Shown: positions 22,876-34,960 of the stretch, in pieces
Layout of the letters: each line of letters starts with the position of its first letter
How positions within the stretch are numbered: position 1 is the first letter of the stretch
Source of the DNA: Octopus bimaculoides
Lineage: Eukaryota
Assembly (NCBI RefSeq): GCF_001194135.2
Contig: NC_068997.1
Coordinates: forward strand, 49,184,123-49,248,122
Reading direction: 5' to 3'
Length of the DNA: 64,000 bases
Notes under the pieces: model-generated
What the model saw: the letters and a program-made list of their open reading frames with translations, nothing else
What the model was told of the DNA's origin: nothing
Database searches by the model: none
Position numbers and translations under genes: made by a program

Positions 22876-24336
22876 TTCAAGCTACTAACCTCCTAAATAG
22901 TTAATACCTGCTATCATTTGATCCACGTCGTTACTTGAATTACATGTAATATTGTGGTTTATTATGGACCAGAAGAATAAACAAAATAACACAAAATAGA
23001 ACAGTAATAATTATACAACCAGTGAAAAAAGGCCGGATATGCAAACGAAACGTTTGGATTCACATGTTTTGGTTACAACCGTTTTCTCATTCGCTTTACC
23101 AAATCACCGATATACAAAAAGGGTTTGTTGCTATACAAAACACATTACAACTGAAGCTGTAAATTTAATCAAATATGCATGAACAATCGTTTTGTAAACA
23201 TACAAATGAATACAACAAACACAACAAACACACATACACTCACGCACACACACTCACACACACATACACACACGAAAAAACAAGCACGAATACACACTGG
23301 CATGCCAAAATACACACAGATATAGACACACATGTGTATATATTTATATATATGAATATATCAATATATGTATGAATGCATCTATATATGTATGTATGTA
23401 TGTATGTATCTATCTATCTATCTATTTATATATCTATCTATCTATATATATATATANNNNNNNNNNNNNNNNNNNNNNNNNNNNNNNNNNNNNNNNNNNN
23501 NNNNNNNNNNNNNNNNNNNNNNNNNNNNNNNNNNNNNNNNNNNNNNNNNNNNNNNNNNNNNNNNNNNNNNNNNNNNNNNNNNNNNNNNNNNNNNNNNNNN
23601 NNNNNNNNNNNNNNNNNNNNNNNNNNNNNNNNNNNNNNNNNNNNNNNNNNNNNNNNNNNNNNNNNNNNNNNNNNNNNNNNNNNNNNNNNNNNNNNNNNNN
23701 NNNNNNNNNNNNNNNNNNNNNNNNNNNNNNNNNNNNNNNNNNNNNNNNNNNNNNNNNNNNNNNNNNNNNNNNNNNNNNNNNNNNNNNNNNNNNNNNNNNN
23801 NNNNNNNNNNNNNNNNNNNNNNNNNNNNNNNNNNNNNNNNNNNNNNNNNNNNNNNNNNNNNNNNNNNNNNNNNNNNNNNNNNNNNNNNNNNNNNNNNNNN
23901 NNNNNNNNNNNNNNNNNNNNNNNNNNNNNNNNNNNNNNNNNNNNNNNNNNNNNNNNNNNNNNNNNNNNNNNNNNNNNNNNNNNNNNNNNNNNNNNNNNNN
24001 NNNNNNNNNNNNNNNNNNNNNNNNNNNNNNNNNNNNNNNNNNNNNNNNNNNNNNNNNNNNNNNNNNNNNNNNNNNNNNNNNNNNNNNNNNNNNNNNNNNN
24101 NNNNNNNNNNNNNNNNNNNNNNNNNNNNNNNNNNNNNNNNNNNNNNNNNNNNNNNNNNNNNNNNNNNNNNNNNNNNNNNNNNNNNNNNNNNNNNNNNNNN
24201 NNNNNNNNNNNNNNNNNNNNNNNNNNNNNNNNNNNNNNNNNNNNNNNNNNNNNNNNNNNNNNNNNNNNNNNNNNNNNNNNNNNNNNNNNNNNNNNNNNNN
24301 NNNNNNNNNNNNNNNNNNNNNNNNNNNNNNNNNNNN

Positions 24337-24372
<36 letters not shown>

Positions 24373-24774
24373 ATATGCAGAAATAGAGGGGTGGAGTGAG
24401 AGACGGTCAGACAGGTAGAGAGAGAGGGGCAGAGAGAGAAGGTGAGATAAAGAGGTAGATATGTACGCACACCGATACATATATATACACAGTCTACATA
24501 CAGGCATATATACATATGTACACACACATACATAGATACATACATACATACATATGTACACATACATACATACATACATACATACAGTTCTACATATATA
24601 CATACATACATACATACAGTTCTACATATATACGGTAGCGTAGACACGTAATTCCATTGAGTTCTGCGTGCAACAGTTCCAGATTAGCGGTTCCAGAGAA
24701 AGCCATCACCATTCCGTCCATACTTCCGTACCCAATTATATTGTCAGTTTCAATATTCTACTCGCAAAGTAGCA

Positions 24775-24822
24775 ATAATAATAATAACAATAATAACAAT
24801 AACATCAAAATCAACAGCTGAA

Positions 24823-24875
<53 letters not shown>

Positions 24876-24883
24876 TGATGATG

Positions 24884-24917
<34 letters not shown>

Positions 24918-24934
24918 TAATAATAATAATAATG

Positions 24935-24986
<52 letters not shown>

Positions 24987-25033
24987 TAATAATAATAATA
25001 ATAATAATAATGATAATAATAATAATAATAATG

Positions 25034-25064
<31 letters not shown>

Positions 25065-25117
25065 TAATAATAATAATAATGATGATAATAATAATAATAA
25101 TAAAAATAATAATAATG

Positions 25118-25154
<37 letters not shown>

Positions 25155-25200
25155 TAATAATAATAATGATAATAATAATAATGATAATAATAATGAATAT
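24775..25200. repeat. Long (AAT)n/(GAT) microsatellite, representative of dozens of di-, tri- and tetranucleotide arrays (TA, TG, GA, AAT, GAT, CCA, TATG, GATA, GAA)
   Basis: Read directly. Other large arrays include 4490-4670, 5530-5800, 16389-16520, 43580-43880, 54125-54330 and 63847-64000. Confidence 0.98.
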
Positions 25201-25344
25201 TGTAATTGTTATTAATATTCCTATTAAAAGAAATCATTATTAGGAATAAATCATAGTTAATATTATTATTATTTTTATCATCATCGTCATCGTCATCATA
25301 ATCATCATCGTATCCTCATCAACATCATCATCATCATCACCACT

Positions 25345-25375
<31 letters not shown>

Positions 25376-27160
25376 TCATCATCGTCATCACCACCATCAT
25401 CATCATCATCATCATCATCACCGCCATCAGGAAAGCTAACAAGAACAACAGCAAGTGGTGTCGTTGTTGCCGTTCATTATAATGCGATTTATGTGCGTGT
25501 GATTGGCTCTGTTTATTTTCCAAGTGAAAGAAGAGAGAGAGGAGGGAGAGAAAGACAAAAAAGACATAGGGAGAGAGAGAGAAAGACAGAGAAAGGGAGA
25601 GAGAAAGAAAGTGAGGGAGAGACAGAGAGAAGCCATTCATCAGCATCAAACACCGAATTCTAACTCCCACACACCAATGTGTTTTTCGTTAGTGTAACCT
25701 ACATCAATGATTTGTTATTTTTGTTTTACCAATGTATCTATGTATTTACATCTACAGCTCAATATATGTGTTATGGACTCATATACGTACATACATACAT
25801 ATCTATCAATTTATACGTATATATATATATATATATACATATATATATACGCATTCACATACATACATGCATACACACATGTATTTCTTTTGCTTTCCTT
25901 TTATATATGATTCTCGCCTTGGACAGAAGATTATACAGCGTTGCAGCGAAAAATATATATAACTAACAAAATGAGCGATGACATTTTCTAGAAACTTAAT
26001 TCCATCTCTTCATTTCGACTTTGAGGGTTGTGGGATGTTTTATTTTACTTAATCAATTATGTTTTAGAAACCCAGCTACCAAATAACGGCCTCGCTCATA
26101 AATCTGTAAAATTATGAATGGTCCATAAGAAATATGTTTGGTAAGTTTATAGGCTTGACCTGATCCTATCTGTGTTTCTTAGAGGTCAGACAATCGTGTT
26201 TTTTTTTTCAAAAGTAAGACAAGCATTTCTTTCTTTAGAATGATAAAATCTTAAACAAAGAAGGCCATTAGATAACAAACGCTTCAACATTAAACTCGTC
26301 AACAAAGGCGAAACAAAGAACAAGGATCGATATTATCGACCCAAAAAGGAAACAAAATAAAACACATTGAATCAGTGCTCCAATATGGCCACAGTCTAAA
26401 AGCTGAAGATGAAACTAGTTAATGAATAAACGATAAGGAATAAATTTAACAGCAGTTCAGTCAAGTAGATCCTATAATTTACTTTAAACATACGGGGATG
26501 TGAATGTATATGCGTTAGTAAACGTGTGTTTGTCTGAGCATCCATTTTTGTTTTGACCACGAGTGTCTGCGCGAGCGCGTATCTGTGAGTCTTTCTGTGT
26601 GAGTGTATGGATATGTGTGCGGCAATGTCCAAAGAAAAAAATATAAAATAAAAAGAAACTAAACAAACTTCAAGACTATATTTAGCGTACGTCCATTTTG
26701 CATTTCTGTGGGCATACAGCATCTTCCTCACTGCAAAATGCTTCGAAGGAAATGGTTGTTAAAAATTTATGGCTGGCCTCATACCAAATATTAGGGTGGT
26801 ACCTGCTTTAAATATTATCGCCCTCCCTCACTAAAAATTATTGTTTCTTCCCAGTGAAATATTATGTGAGCTACCATCGAAAGTTAATGGGCACTCTCTC
26901 AAAAAATTAGCATATCTGATGGCTTACAATTCGCACGTATTTTCCAACAAATGTCTCATAAAATCTAATTGATTCCTATAAAGACAACTTCAGGATTTAT
27001 GTTACTGCATGCGGTTGTGCAAAAATAAAATTCAGCCAAAATTGCGGTGCGTGCATTATATAAGCCCGTGTACCATATAATACATTACTTAGGTTGCTGC
27101 TTTTCTTCAGAGTGGAGATATATTTCAATTAAAAATGAAACTTATGTTAAACCCTTGTAA

Positions 27161-27196
<36 letters not shown>

Positions 27197-27227
27197 GATA
27201 TATATATATATATGTATNNNNNNNNNN

Positions 27228-27259
<32 letters not shown>

Positions 27260-28109
27260 ATATATATATAGATATAGATATATATATATGAAGATATATG
27301 TATACATATTCATTAACTCCAACATCCATACATCAAGCTATTCAACCACCCATCAATTAACCGATCCATCCATCCACCCAGCCATCTATCGATACATAGA
27401 TACAAATGGTTGCGGTTCCAACATTATCTCTTTGAGATCCTCAAACCACAAAGACATTTAATTCTTTGCCAATTAAATAAAAAGAGAATGATATAGAAAA
27501 AAAAATAATAATACTACAAAGGAAACGAAAAATGCTATGAAAAATAGTGACTGATCAAAAGTTGAGAAAAAGATTTTAGTTACGATAACATAGGTCTATG
27601 AACATATATATATAGACATAGTCTTTAATGAACTAGGCGGAAGTCCGTTATATCTACAGCAGGAGATGAACGGCAGACATCCGACCTTCTCTCATGTTGC
27701 CTTCCTTCGTTTAGTGATTGTTTGTTAGAATAAAATGTCGAGATCTTTGCCAGCTATGAAGCCAGACTCTCCCTCTCTCCATCATGTCTTTCTATCTCAG
27801 ATATATTATTGAAAGTATTTGAAACTTTACGGCTGTCTTTGAAGTGCTGTTTTAGACTGTTTATTATAATAAATATAATATATTATAATCGATACTTTAT
27901 ACACATATTTGGAAGTTTTTCTTCATTATGCTATTAAAATGTAATATATTTCTTGTAAGAGCGCCAAACTTCAAGTCCCCTTGAGTGCCTGAGCACTAAG
28001 GTTGTTTCTCAGTGCTGCGGGTTAATATCGTGTTGATTAAAGCGGCGAGCCGGCAGAATTGTTAGCAGCCCGGGAAAAATCCTTGGTTGAAATGTTGTTA
28101 GTAAAATAG

Positions 28110-28400
28110 ATTGGTTTTGGTTAAAGTGGTGTTATTACTCCAAATGATTCCTCTGACACTCAGTTCATTCCTCACTTTTCATTCAAACTAACTTCACACA
28201 TTCCGCAGTGTATCCTTGATTCATTTCTCCACAGCCCTCACACATTCAGTGCCCATCCATGGCTCAAAGCAATGCAGCATTGCAGTCCATACACAAACCT
28301 CGTATAATCTGCCTTTCACATGGAATGAATATCTCTTTTTTGCGAGTGGAAGTAATATATCCTTGATCTGCCATCCTTATCACATACCCATCCCTTCACC
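28110..28400 (-). mobile_element. RTE-type LINE ORF fragment
   Basis: Minus translation LLPLAKKRYSFHVKGRLYEVCVWTAMLH..EPW matches the post-RT motif L..KGRLY..CVR..MLHGSETW of RTE elements. Confidence 0.75.
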
Positions 28401-28439
28401 CAACATTAGCGTTTACTTGCCCGAAGTTGGCAATTGGCA

Positions 28440-28684
28440 TTCCGTCGGTTACAACGACGAGCGTGCCAGTTGATCCAGCCAACTCAACACCTTCCTCGTC
28501 AAATTAGCGTGCAAGTGGCTGAGCATTCCACAGACACGCGTACCCTTAACGTAGTTCTCAGGGAGATTCAGTCTGACACAATGCGGCAAAGCCTCCCCCT
28601 TTGAATTACAGGTACAACTCATGTTTACCAGCTGAGTGGACTGGAGCAACGTGAAATAAAGTATCTTGCTCAAGGACACAACGT
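28440..28684 (-). mobile_element. SINE type C, 5'-truncated
   Basis: Reverse complement of GTGTCCTTGAGCAAGATACTTTATTTCACGTTGCTCCAGTCCACTCAGCTG...GAGAACTACGTTAAGGGTAC...GTAACCGACGGAAT. Confidence 0.88.
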
Positions 28685-29660
28685 ATCATGATCATGACGA
28701 CGACGACAACGACGACGATGACAAAGTCGATGACAACGACGACGATGACAAAGTCGATGAAGATGAGGTGGGCGAGGGGCACGATGACGTTTGTGATTAT
28801 CAGTACCGTAACGCTGGTGTGTTTCTCGTGATATTTGTGGGGCCGGTGACGATGCTTGAGGCTTTAATAACAAAGAATGATGAGGGTGGGTTGTTTTGTA
28901 AAGGTTAGCGTATGAGTAACAGTGGTGGAACGCACTCTGTTATGTTTTACTGGNNNNNNNNNNNNNNNNNNNNNNNNNNNNNNNNNNNNNNNNNNNNNNN
29001 NNNNNNNNNNNNNNNNNNNNNNNNNNNNNNNNNNNNNNNNNNNNNNNNNNNNNNNNNNNNNNNNNNNNNNNNNNNNNNNNNNNNNNNNNNNNNNNNNNNN
29101 NNNNNNNNNNNNNNNNNNNNNNNNNNNNNNNNNNNNNNNNNNNNNNNNNNNNNNNNNNNNNNNNNNNNNNNNNNNNNNNNNNNNNNNNNNNNNNNNNNNN
29201 NNNNNNNNNNNNNNNNNNNNNNNNNNNNNNNNNNNNNNNNNNNNNNNNNNNNNNNNNNNNNNNNNNNNNNNNNNNNNNNNNNNNNNNNNNNNNNNNNNNN
29301 NNNNNNNNNNNNNNNNNNNNNNNNNNNNNNNNNNNNNNNNNNNNNNNNNNNNNNNNNNNNNNNNNNNNNNNNNNNNNNNNNNNNNNNNNNNNNNNNNNNN
29401 NNNNNNNNNNNNNNNNNNNNNNNNNNNNNNNNNNNNNNNNNNNNNNNNNNNNNNNNNNNNNNNNNNNNNNNNNNNNNNNNNNNNNNNNNNNNNNNNNNNN
29501 NNNNNNNNNNNNNNNNNNNNNNNNNNNNNNNNNNNNNNNNNNNNNNNNNNNNNNNNNNNNNNNNNNNNNNNNNNNNNNNNNNNNNNNNNNNNNNNNNNNN
29601 NNNNNNNNNNNNNNNNNNNNNNNNNNNNNNNNNNNNNNNNNNNNNNNNNNNNNNNNNNNN

Positions 29661-29741
<81 letters not shown>

Positions 29742-30583
29742 AAATCATCGTCACTCTCTTCCCACTATTCGCACACATGTATGTAGACATATACACATAT
29801 ATACATGCGTGTGTGTATATGCGTGTGAGCGTGTGTGTGTGTGTGTGCGTACGTAACCGAAACGTGCGTCTGTTGCGTTTAACCAGTTGGCTTTCAAGAC
29901 CAGATCCATCAGCGTACTCCCATTTACTTCGTTTTCTTCATTTTCAATAACTTCACTTCATTGATTTTATTGGCATTATCGCTCTGGCTTGCTGGTTCTA
30001 CATTCGAAACATCTCTAGAGACAATGCTTGTTTAATATTTGCATAGTTAATTGCAATTAATCGAAGTTATTCAAATCACAGCATTACATCACTGAGAAGC
30101 TACCCTATATTTATTGCGTGGAATATATATTTATATATGTATTATATTATGTTGTTTATTATGTAATACATTACGTAGGGTACGGAAGCGTGCTCTGAGG
30201 TGTTATTCGTCAGCCATGTTGTTAATATCCAGAATCATTGTCATTATTACTTTGTCTGTATTGGTCTAATAAATCCACATCAGTGTTGTAAATATCGATT
30301 ATATCCTAACTTAGTTTTGCCTCTGTTGGATTATTTCACGTTGACAGCGTTTCAAAAGAACAGCCCGACCATTGCAGTCATTAACTTGTCATCATTATAT
30401 ATATATGTAAGGGCGCATGGCTAGAGAGATAGATAGAGAGACAGACAAATATATATATATATATATATATATANNNNNNNNNNNNNNNNNNNNNNNNNNN
30501 NNNNNNNNNNNNNNNNNNNNNNNNNNNNNNNNNNNNNNNNNNNNNNNNNNNNNNNNNNNNNNNNNNNNNNNNNNNNNNNNNNN

Positions 30584-31973
30584 CTGTCCGACACATAATA
30601 ATGGAATACCAAGTAGAAAAACAATTTGTATGTTCGACTCGGACTTCTTTTCCACTTTCAGTCAAGGTTCCAAAGCTACTAAAAGCGCTCCTGGTATTTG
30701 TCTTTGGTACAGAGGAGGTGCTATTACTGAAAGAACTGCACAGAGATGGTTTTACCGCTTCAAAAAGGGGAAATTCGACTTTATAGACCCTCTGCTTTCT
30801 GGCCGATCTATTCAGTTCACCAAAAATCGATTGAATGAGTTCGGATACGAGGATCCGCACCAGTGCACTAGGGAATTGATCCATGGGATGCTCTTACAAG
30901 GGAATTGATCCATGGGACGGTCTTACGATGAGATGGTTCTTCACCTTCACACGATGGATAAGATCCAAAATCTCGTGAACACAAACGGTGATTCGATTTC
31001 TTTTCCGCATCGTTATGGAAGATGGAAAGTTTTGTTTTACATCAATTTAAAGGTGAGGAAGCAATGGCCGACAAGTAACACCTCAAACCAAGTCAGAGCT
31101 GCATTCGCACAAGAGAATCACCCGTGTTTGGTAGGATTGAAAATGGCTAATCCATTACACATTTCTTGAAAATAACTACATGGTCAATGCAGAGCTCTAC
31201 GTTCAGTAAATACACCCGTTCAACGAGGCAATCTAGCTGAATCGATCCGATCCGATCGCCGATACGACATGCATCTTCAATACCACAAAACCTGTTCCTG
31301 CATTGCTAATTAGATCATAAGCAATGCTATTCAAGATCTTGTCCGAGAAGTTCTACTATTCCAGATGTGAAGGCGCGTGGCTGAGTGGTTAGGGCATTCG
31401 GCTCACGATCGTAAGGTCGTAAGTTCAATTCCCGGCGATACATTGTGTTCTTGAGCAAGACACTTTATTTCACGTTGCTCCAATCCACTCAGCTGGCAAA
31501 ATTAAGTTGTATTTGTAATTCAAAAGACCAAACTTGTCACATTCTATATCACATTGAATCTCCCTGAGAACTACGTTAAGTGTACGCATGTCTGTGGAGC
31601 GCTCAGTCACTTGCACTTTAATTTGACGAGCAGGGTGATCTGTCGATCGGATCAACTGGAACCCTCGTCGTTGTAACCGGTGGAGTGCATTTGCCACTCC
31701 TGATAGAGCCTTCAGATTATTACTTCTTTTCGGCCCCACGCCAACGGTGAGCTTGGCGTTACACTCAAGAATGACTCGGTGAATTCGAGTCAACACTCGG
31801 TGATTTCTTCCTATCGTCAAGGCGTTGGCAAGTTAGTTGAACATTGATAAGAAGTTGTGAACAACGAAGAAGAAAATAAGAGAAAATATTACTAAATCTT
31901 TGTTTAAAATTGTTGAAAACTAAGGATTAAAATAAGTGGAATAACAAACGAATTTATCTCACGGCTGAATATA
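30584..31973 (+). mobile_element. mariner-family DNA transposon, decayed, interrupted by a SINE
   Basis: MEYQVEK...QGSKATK...AITERTAQRWFYRFKKGKFD...SGR..F...DP.Q.TREL, later VLFYINLKVRKQW and, after the SINE, PSDYYFF and RQGVGKLVEH**EVVNNE. Terminal-repeat-like end near 31945-31973; 29-bp internal tandem duplication at 30871-30929. Confidence 0.9.
31368..31690 (+). mobile_element. SINE type C, full length (tRNA head plus CORE-like body), nested in mariner
   Basis: TGAAGGCGCGTGGCTGAGTGGTTAG (A box), AAGTTCAATTCCC (B box), GTGTTCTTGAGCAAGACACTTTATTTCACG, tail GGATCAACTGGAACCCTCGTCGTTGTAACCG. Confidence 0.92.
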
Positions 31974-32108
31974 ATATTTACACATACACGCACAAACAGC
32001 GGGCGCAAACACACATTTTACCACGTACACATCCATATTTAATATAAAAATATACATACGCATAAGCATATATCTACATATGCATATATATATAGGTATA
32101 TACATATG

Positions 32109-32147
<39 letters not shown>

Positions 32148-32826
32148 NNNNNNNNNNNNNNNNNNNNNNNNNNNNNNNNNNNNNNNNNNNNNNNNNNNNN
32201 NNNNNNNNNNNNNNNNNNNNNNNNNNNNNNNNNNNNNNNNNNNNNNNNNNNNNNNNNNNNNNNNNNNNNNNNNNNNNNNNNNNNNNNNNNNNNNNNNNNN
32301 NNNNNNNNNNNNNNNNNNNNNNNNNNNNATATATATATATATATATGTACATATATATGTAGGTATGTAAGTATGTATGTATACACTCACAAATACACGT
32401 GTATATGTAACTATACTAAGCAGTCTAAACACTTCATGCTGCAATCAAATTTAAGCTGGTATTTGTGAAATATAAATGGCAGCATATACTTTTATTAAAT
32501 GTCACCACTTTCCATTGGGTCTCGTCCAAGTCACTGAACCATGAATATATATTTTACCAATCAATACTTTAATAAATCCAGTAACAGCGTCAACTTTATA
32601 TGTCGTAGATGCAAATTCGATAAACAATTTGCAACAACTGGTAGAGATCGCCATTAAGTTTTCAAAGATAGTTATAAAAGTACATTATATCTTAATATTT
32701 CACATTAAGGTTGCTGGGTTTAAAGCTAGCTCGAAGGGCATTTGTTTTTCTTTTTGTAATTACAGTTTGCGTTTCAAAGAGAGTTAGATCGATAAATATA
32801 TATAGTATTTCTTCTATTATTTTGCA

Positions 32827-33186
32827 TGTTTCAGTCATTTGACTGCGGCCTTGCTGGAGCACCGTCTTTAGTCGAGCAAATCGATCCCCCACCTCCAGGA
32901 TCTATCCTTTGTAAGCCTAGTACGTATTCTACCGAGTTCTTTTGTCGAACCGCTAAGTTACGGGGATGTAAACACACTAGCATCGGTTGTCAAGAGATAG
33001 TGGGGGAACAAACACAGGCACACAAACATATACACACACATACAGACATACACATACACACACTCACGCGCGCACACACGGACACACACACACACACACA
33101 CGCACACACACACACACACACACACATACACACATACACACACATACCACGGTCTTCTTTCAGTTTCTGTCGACCAAATCCACTCG
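32827..33186 (-). mobile_element. SINE type A (3' module, internal CA microsatellite, part of 5' module)
   Basis: TGTTTCAGTCATTTGACTGCGGCC...GTAAGCCTAGTAC...(CA)n...CTTCTTTCAGTTTCTGTCGACCAAATCCACTC. Confidence 0.88.
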
Positions 33187-33561
33187 AAAGTATAAAGAAA
33201 ATTTGGTATTATTTGATCCTTTCACCCGCAAAGGAAACAAAAAAAAAAACTCGGATATTTTGCGTGGAATCAGGTACTGCAAACCCCTTATTTTTGTTCG
33301 GAAAAAAGGGGTGGGGAAGAAACCGGACCCTACCCCNNNNNNNNNNNNNNNNNNNNNNNNNNNNNNNNNNNNNNNNNNNNNNNNNNNNNNNNNNNNNNNN
33401 NNNNNNCCTTTTTGGGGTCCGAAAAGGGAACCCTCGGAAATTTCACCCCCATTTTCAAATATTTTTTGCTATTTCTTTCTTTACCCATGATTTTAGATAA
33501 CAATTTGCAGAAATACGTTTTCGAGAGGGTGAGAATTACATTAGATTGGCAATAAAGACAA

Positions 33562-33989
33562 GGGCAGTAAAGAAATAAGAAACGTTAGCACGCCGGACGA
33601 AATGCTTAGCTGTTTTTCGTCCGTCTTTACGTTCTGAGTTCAAATTGCGCCGAAGTCGACTTTGCCTTTCATCCTTTCGAGGTCGATAAATTAAGTACCA
33701 GTTGCGTACTGGGGTCTATCAAATCGACTGGCTCCCGCCCCCAAAATTTCGGGCTTTTTGCCTAGAGTAGAAGAGTATCGTTAGCATACCGGGCGTAATG
33801 CGTAGCGTATTTCGTCTGTCGCTACGTTCTGAGTTCAAATTCCGCCGAGGTCGACTTTGCCTTTCATCCTATCGTTGTCGATTAAATAATTACCAGTTAC
33901 GCACTGGGATCGATGTAATCGACTTAATCTCTTTATCTGTCCTTGTTTGTCCCCTCTATGTTTAGCCCCCAGTGGGCAATAAAGAAATA
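33562..33989 (+). mobile_element. Head-to-tail SINE B concatemer: B2 tail stub, B1 unit, B2 unit
   Basis: GGGCAGTAAAGAAATA (33562-33577) runs into AGAAACGTTAGCACG. The B1 tail ends at 33778 and CGTTAGCATACCGGGCG begins at 33779. B2 tail ends at 33989. Confidence 0.88.
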
Positions 33990-34704
33990 TATATTTGCAC
34001 GCACACACACTCACACATACACACATTATGCTATTAAATAAAATTATTCAAACTCATGCATCACACCCTGTTTAAACGAAAAACGCTAACAACAACGACA
34101 GTACCAGCGGCGGCAACAGCAGGAACTACGCCAGTGACAACAGCAGCAGCAGCAGCAGCAGTAGCAGCAGCAGCAACGGTGACAATGAAAAGAGGTGTGA
34201 GAAAAAGAACAAGAACAACGAAACAACAGTTAAAAAAAAAAACAATAAGAAATACAATACGCAAAGTAATCTTATAAAAGAGGATGGTAAGGAGGGTGGG
34301 AGGTGGAAAATATTAATGGTAAGTGCTACAGTTTTCTCTTCCTGTCATCTGATATTAACAAATGATTTGATCAATAAAATATAAGCGGTCTTTTTATAGA
34401 AGAGTTAGTGTGAAGCTTCTCAGATTAGAGGGTGTGGAAACATACATACATACATACATACATAAGCGCGCGTGCCCGAGCGCACACACGGAATCATATA
34501 CACAGATATACATATGCATACACACATATATGTAAGTACTCGTTTATATAAGCATGTAAGTATGAATGTATGTATGTGTGTTTGGTGTGGGTGTATATGT
34601 GCGTGTAGATATATCCAGACACACACACACACATATATATGTGGGTGGGTGTATTTTAAGTAACTGTGCAATGAGTCTTCACACAAATCTGAGTACATCT
34701 AATC

Positions 34705-34960
34705 TTTCCCAAAAATGTCGGGCCTTGTGCCTTGAGTAGAAAAGATTATGTTAAGGCAGAATCGGTAGCACGTCGGGCGAAATGCTTAGCGGTATTTCGT
34801 CTGTCCTTAGGTTCTGAGTTCAAATTCCACCGAGGTCGACTTTGCCTTTCATCCTTTCGGGGGTCAATAAATAAAGTACCAGATGCGTACTGGGGTCGAT
34901 CTAATCGACTGGCCCCTTTCCCCAAGAATTGCTGGCCTGTGCCTAGAGTAGAAAAGAATA
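34705..34960 (+). mobile_element. SINE B1 preceded directly by a second B1 tail
   Basis: CCCAAAAATGTCGGGCCTTGTGCCTTGAGTAGAAAAGATTAT then GGCAGAATCGGTAGCACGTCGGGCGAAATG...GCCTAGAGTAGAAAAGAATA. Confidence 0.88.

Noticed and set aside
24634-24721. Possible minus-strand exon MDGMVMAFSGTANLELLHAELNGITCLRY
   Set aside because: Weak donor (GTATAT from a TA repeat), no clear acceptor and no homology recognised.
28670-28800. Asp-rich ORF (DDDDNDDDDKVDD)
   Set aside because: GAC/GAT triplet repeat with a 27-bp duplication.
31371-31445. tRNA genes at SINE heads (also 47800-47871 and 60585-60655)
   Set aside because: A and B boxes are present, but there is no intact acceptor stem and each runs directly into the SINE body.
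33186-33480. Odd homopolymer-rich sequence around a gap
   Set aside because: Looks like low-quality read ends where SINE A breaks off.
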